Shown piece by piece: positions 63,432-64,000 of a stretch of 64,000 nucleotides of DNA. The DNA is from Mobula hypostoma. Taxonomy: Eukaryota. Within the stretch, counting starts at the first letter, position 1, and every line of letters begins with the position of its first letter. The notes under the pieces were generated by a model. It saw only the letters and a list, made by a program, of their open reading frames with translations. It searched no databases and was not told the origin of the DNA. The position numbers and the translations under genes are program-made. The stretch covers positions 222,582,001-222,646,000 of the forward strand of contig NC_086097.1 of assembly GCF_963921235.1 (NCBI RefSeq). Direction: 5' to 3'.

Positions 63432-63597
63432 TGTCATGATCCGGTCCGTAAAATCCACGCTCCGGTTCATGGTCCGGTCCATGTACTCTGGACTCCGGGT
63501 CTTCTGGCTGTCCCTTGTTTCAGTTGGGCTTAATCATAGGCACCTGATGCTGATCTTGGGGCTGGGAATATAAGTGGCCCTGGGTTTAAGTGTGGAT
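63432..63597 (+). repeat. Probable start of an LTR, cut by the following LINE
   Basis: Begins TGTCATGA; short ccggtcc repeats, cacctg and TATAA at 63569, a layout typical of Gypsy U3. The other end is not in the window. Confidence 0.5.
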
Positions 63598-64000
63598 GCT
63601 AGGGGCATTGTGCATTAAACAAAACATTGAAAATGATAGGGAAACACCAGACAGGATTGTGTGAGGAATGTCAGGAAGAGGAGTCAGTAGAACATGTAGT
63701 TTTGTGTTGCAGGAAGTATGGGATACAGAGAGAGATGATGAGAAATAAATTAAGGGAGTTGGGGATGCAGGAATTCACATTAAAAGGGTTGCTGGGCATG
63801 GGTGAGAGAGCACAAGTCCGGGTATTTTTAGCGTTTTTTAGGGGTTTTTTATAGAATATGACGAATAAACAGGAGTAGGATACTAGGATGGTCAAAGATG
63901 GGAGGGTGAAGTGTAGGTTTGTGTATATATATATATGTGCGTGCGTGTGCGATTGGGTGAAGGGATTTAGAATGTATGTCTGGTGCACATTCTGGAGCAG
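63598..64000 (+). mobile_element. 5'-truncated I-group (Nimb-like) LINE C-terminus and 3' UTR
   Basis: GHCALNKTLKMIGKHQTGLCEECQEEESVEHVVLCCRKY (C-terminal CCHC finger); runs off the end of the window. Confidence 0.75.

Overview
Eukaryotic, AT-rich, repeat-dense DNA with no host gene I can recognise. The repeat content (CR1 LINEs with CTATGTTT-type tails, Rex1/Babar, Neptune-like Penelope elements, Tc1 and hAT MITEs, SINEs) suggests a vertebrate, probably a cartilaginous fish such as a ray; this is an inference. The best-supported structures are: (1) a full-length but disabled 4.5-kb Ty3/Gypsy LTR retrotransposon on the minus strand (2202-6716) with a tRNA-Trp primer site, a CHCC-type Gag knuckle, a -1 frameshift signal and a duplicated protease segment; (2) a 1147-bp non-autonomous LTR element (31335-32481, ATACT target-site duplication) whose interior is a strictly phased 20-bp array; (3) a Penelope-like GIY-YIG element plus dispersed terminal-repeat fragments, eight of which carry decayed minimal hammerhead ribozymes, one inside a fold-back unit; (4) a MITE family with 6-bp target-site duplications (TSDs) and a nested copy of its own left end; (5) three young copies of one CR1 family among many old ones; (6) a four-level nested insertion at 25.9-29.5 kb. 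All calls are by eye without database searches, and boundaries of old repeats are approximate.
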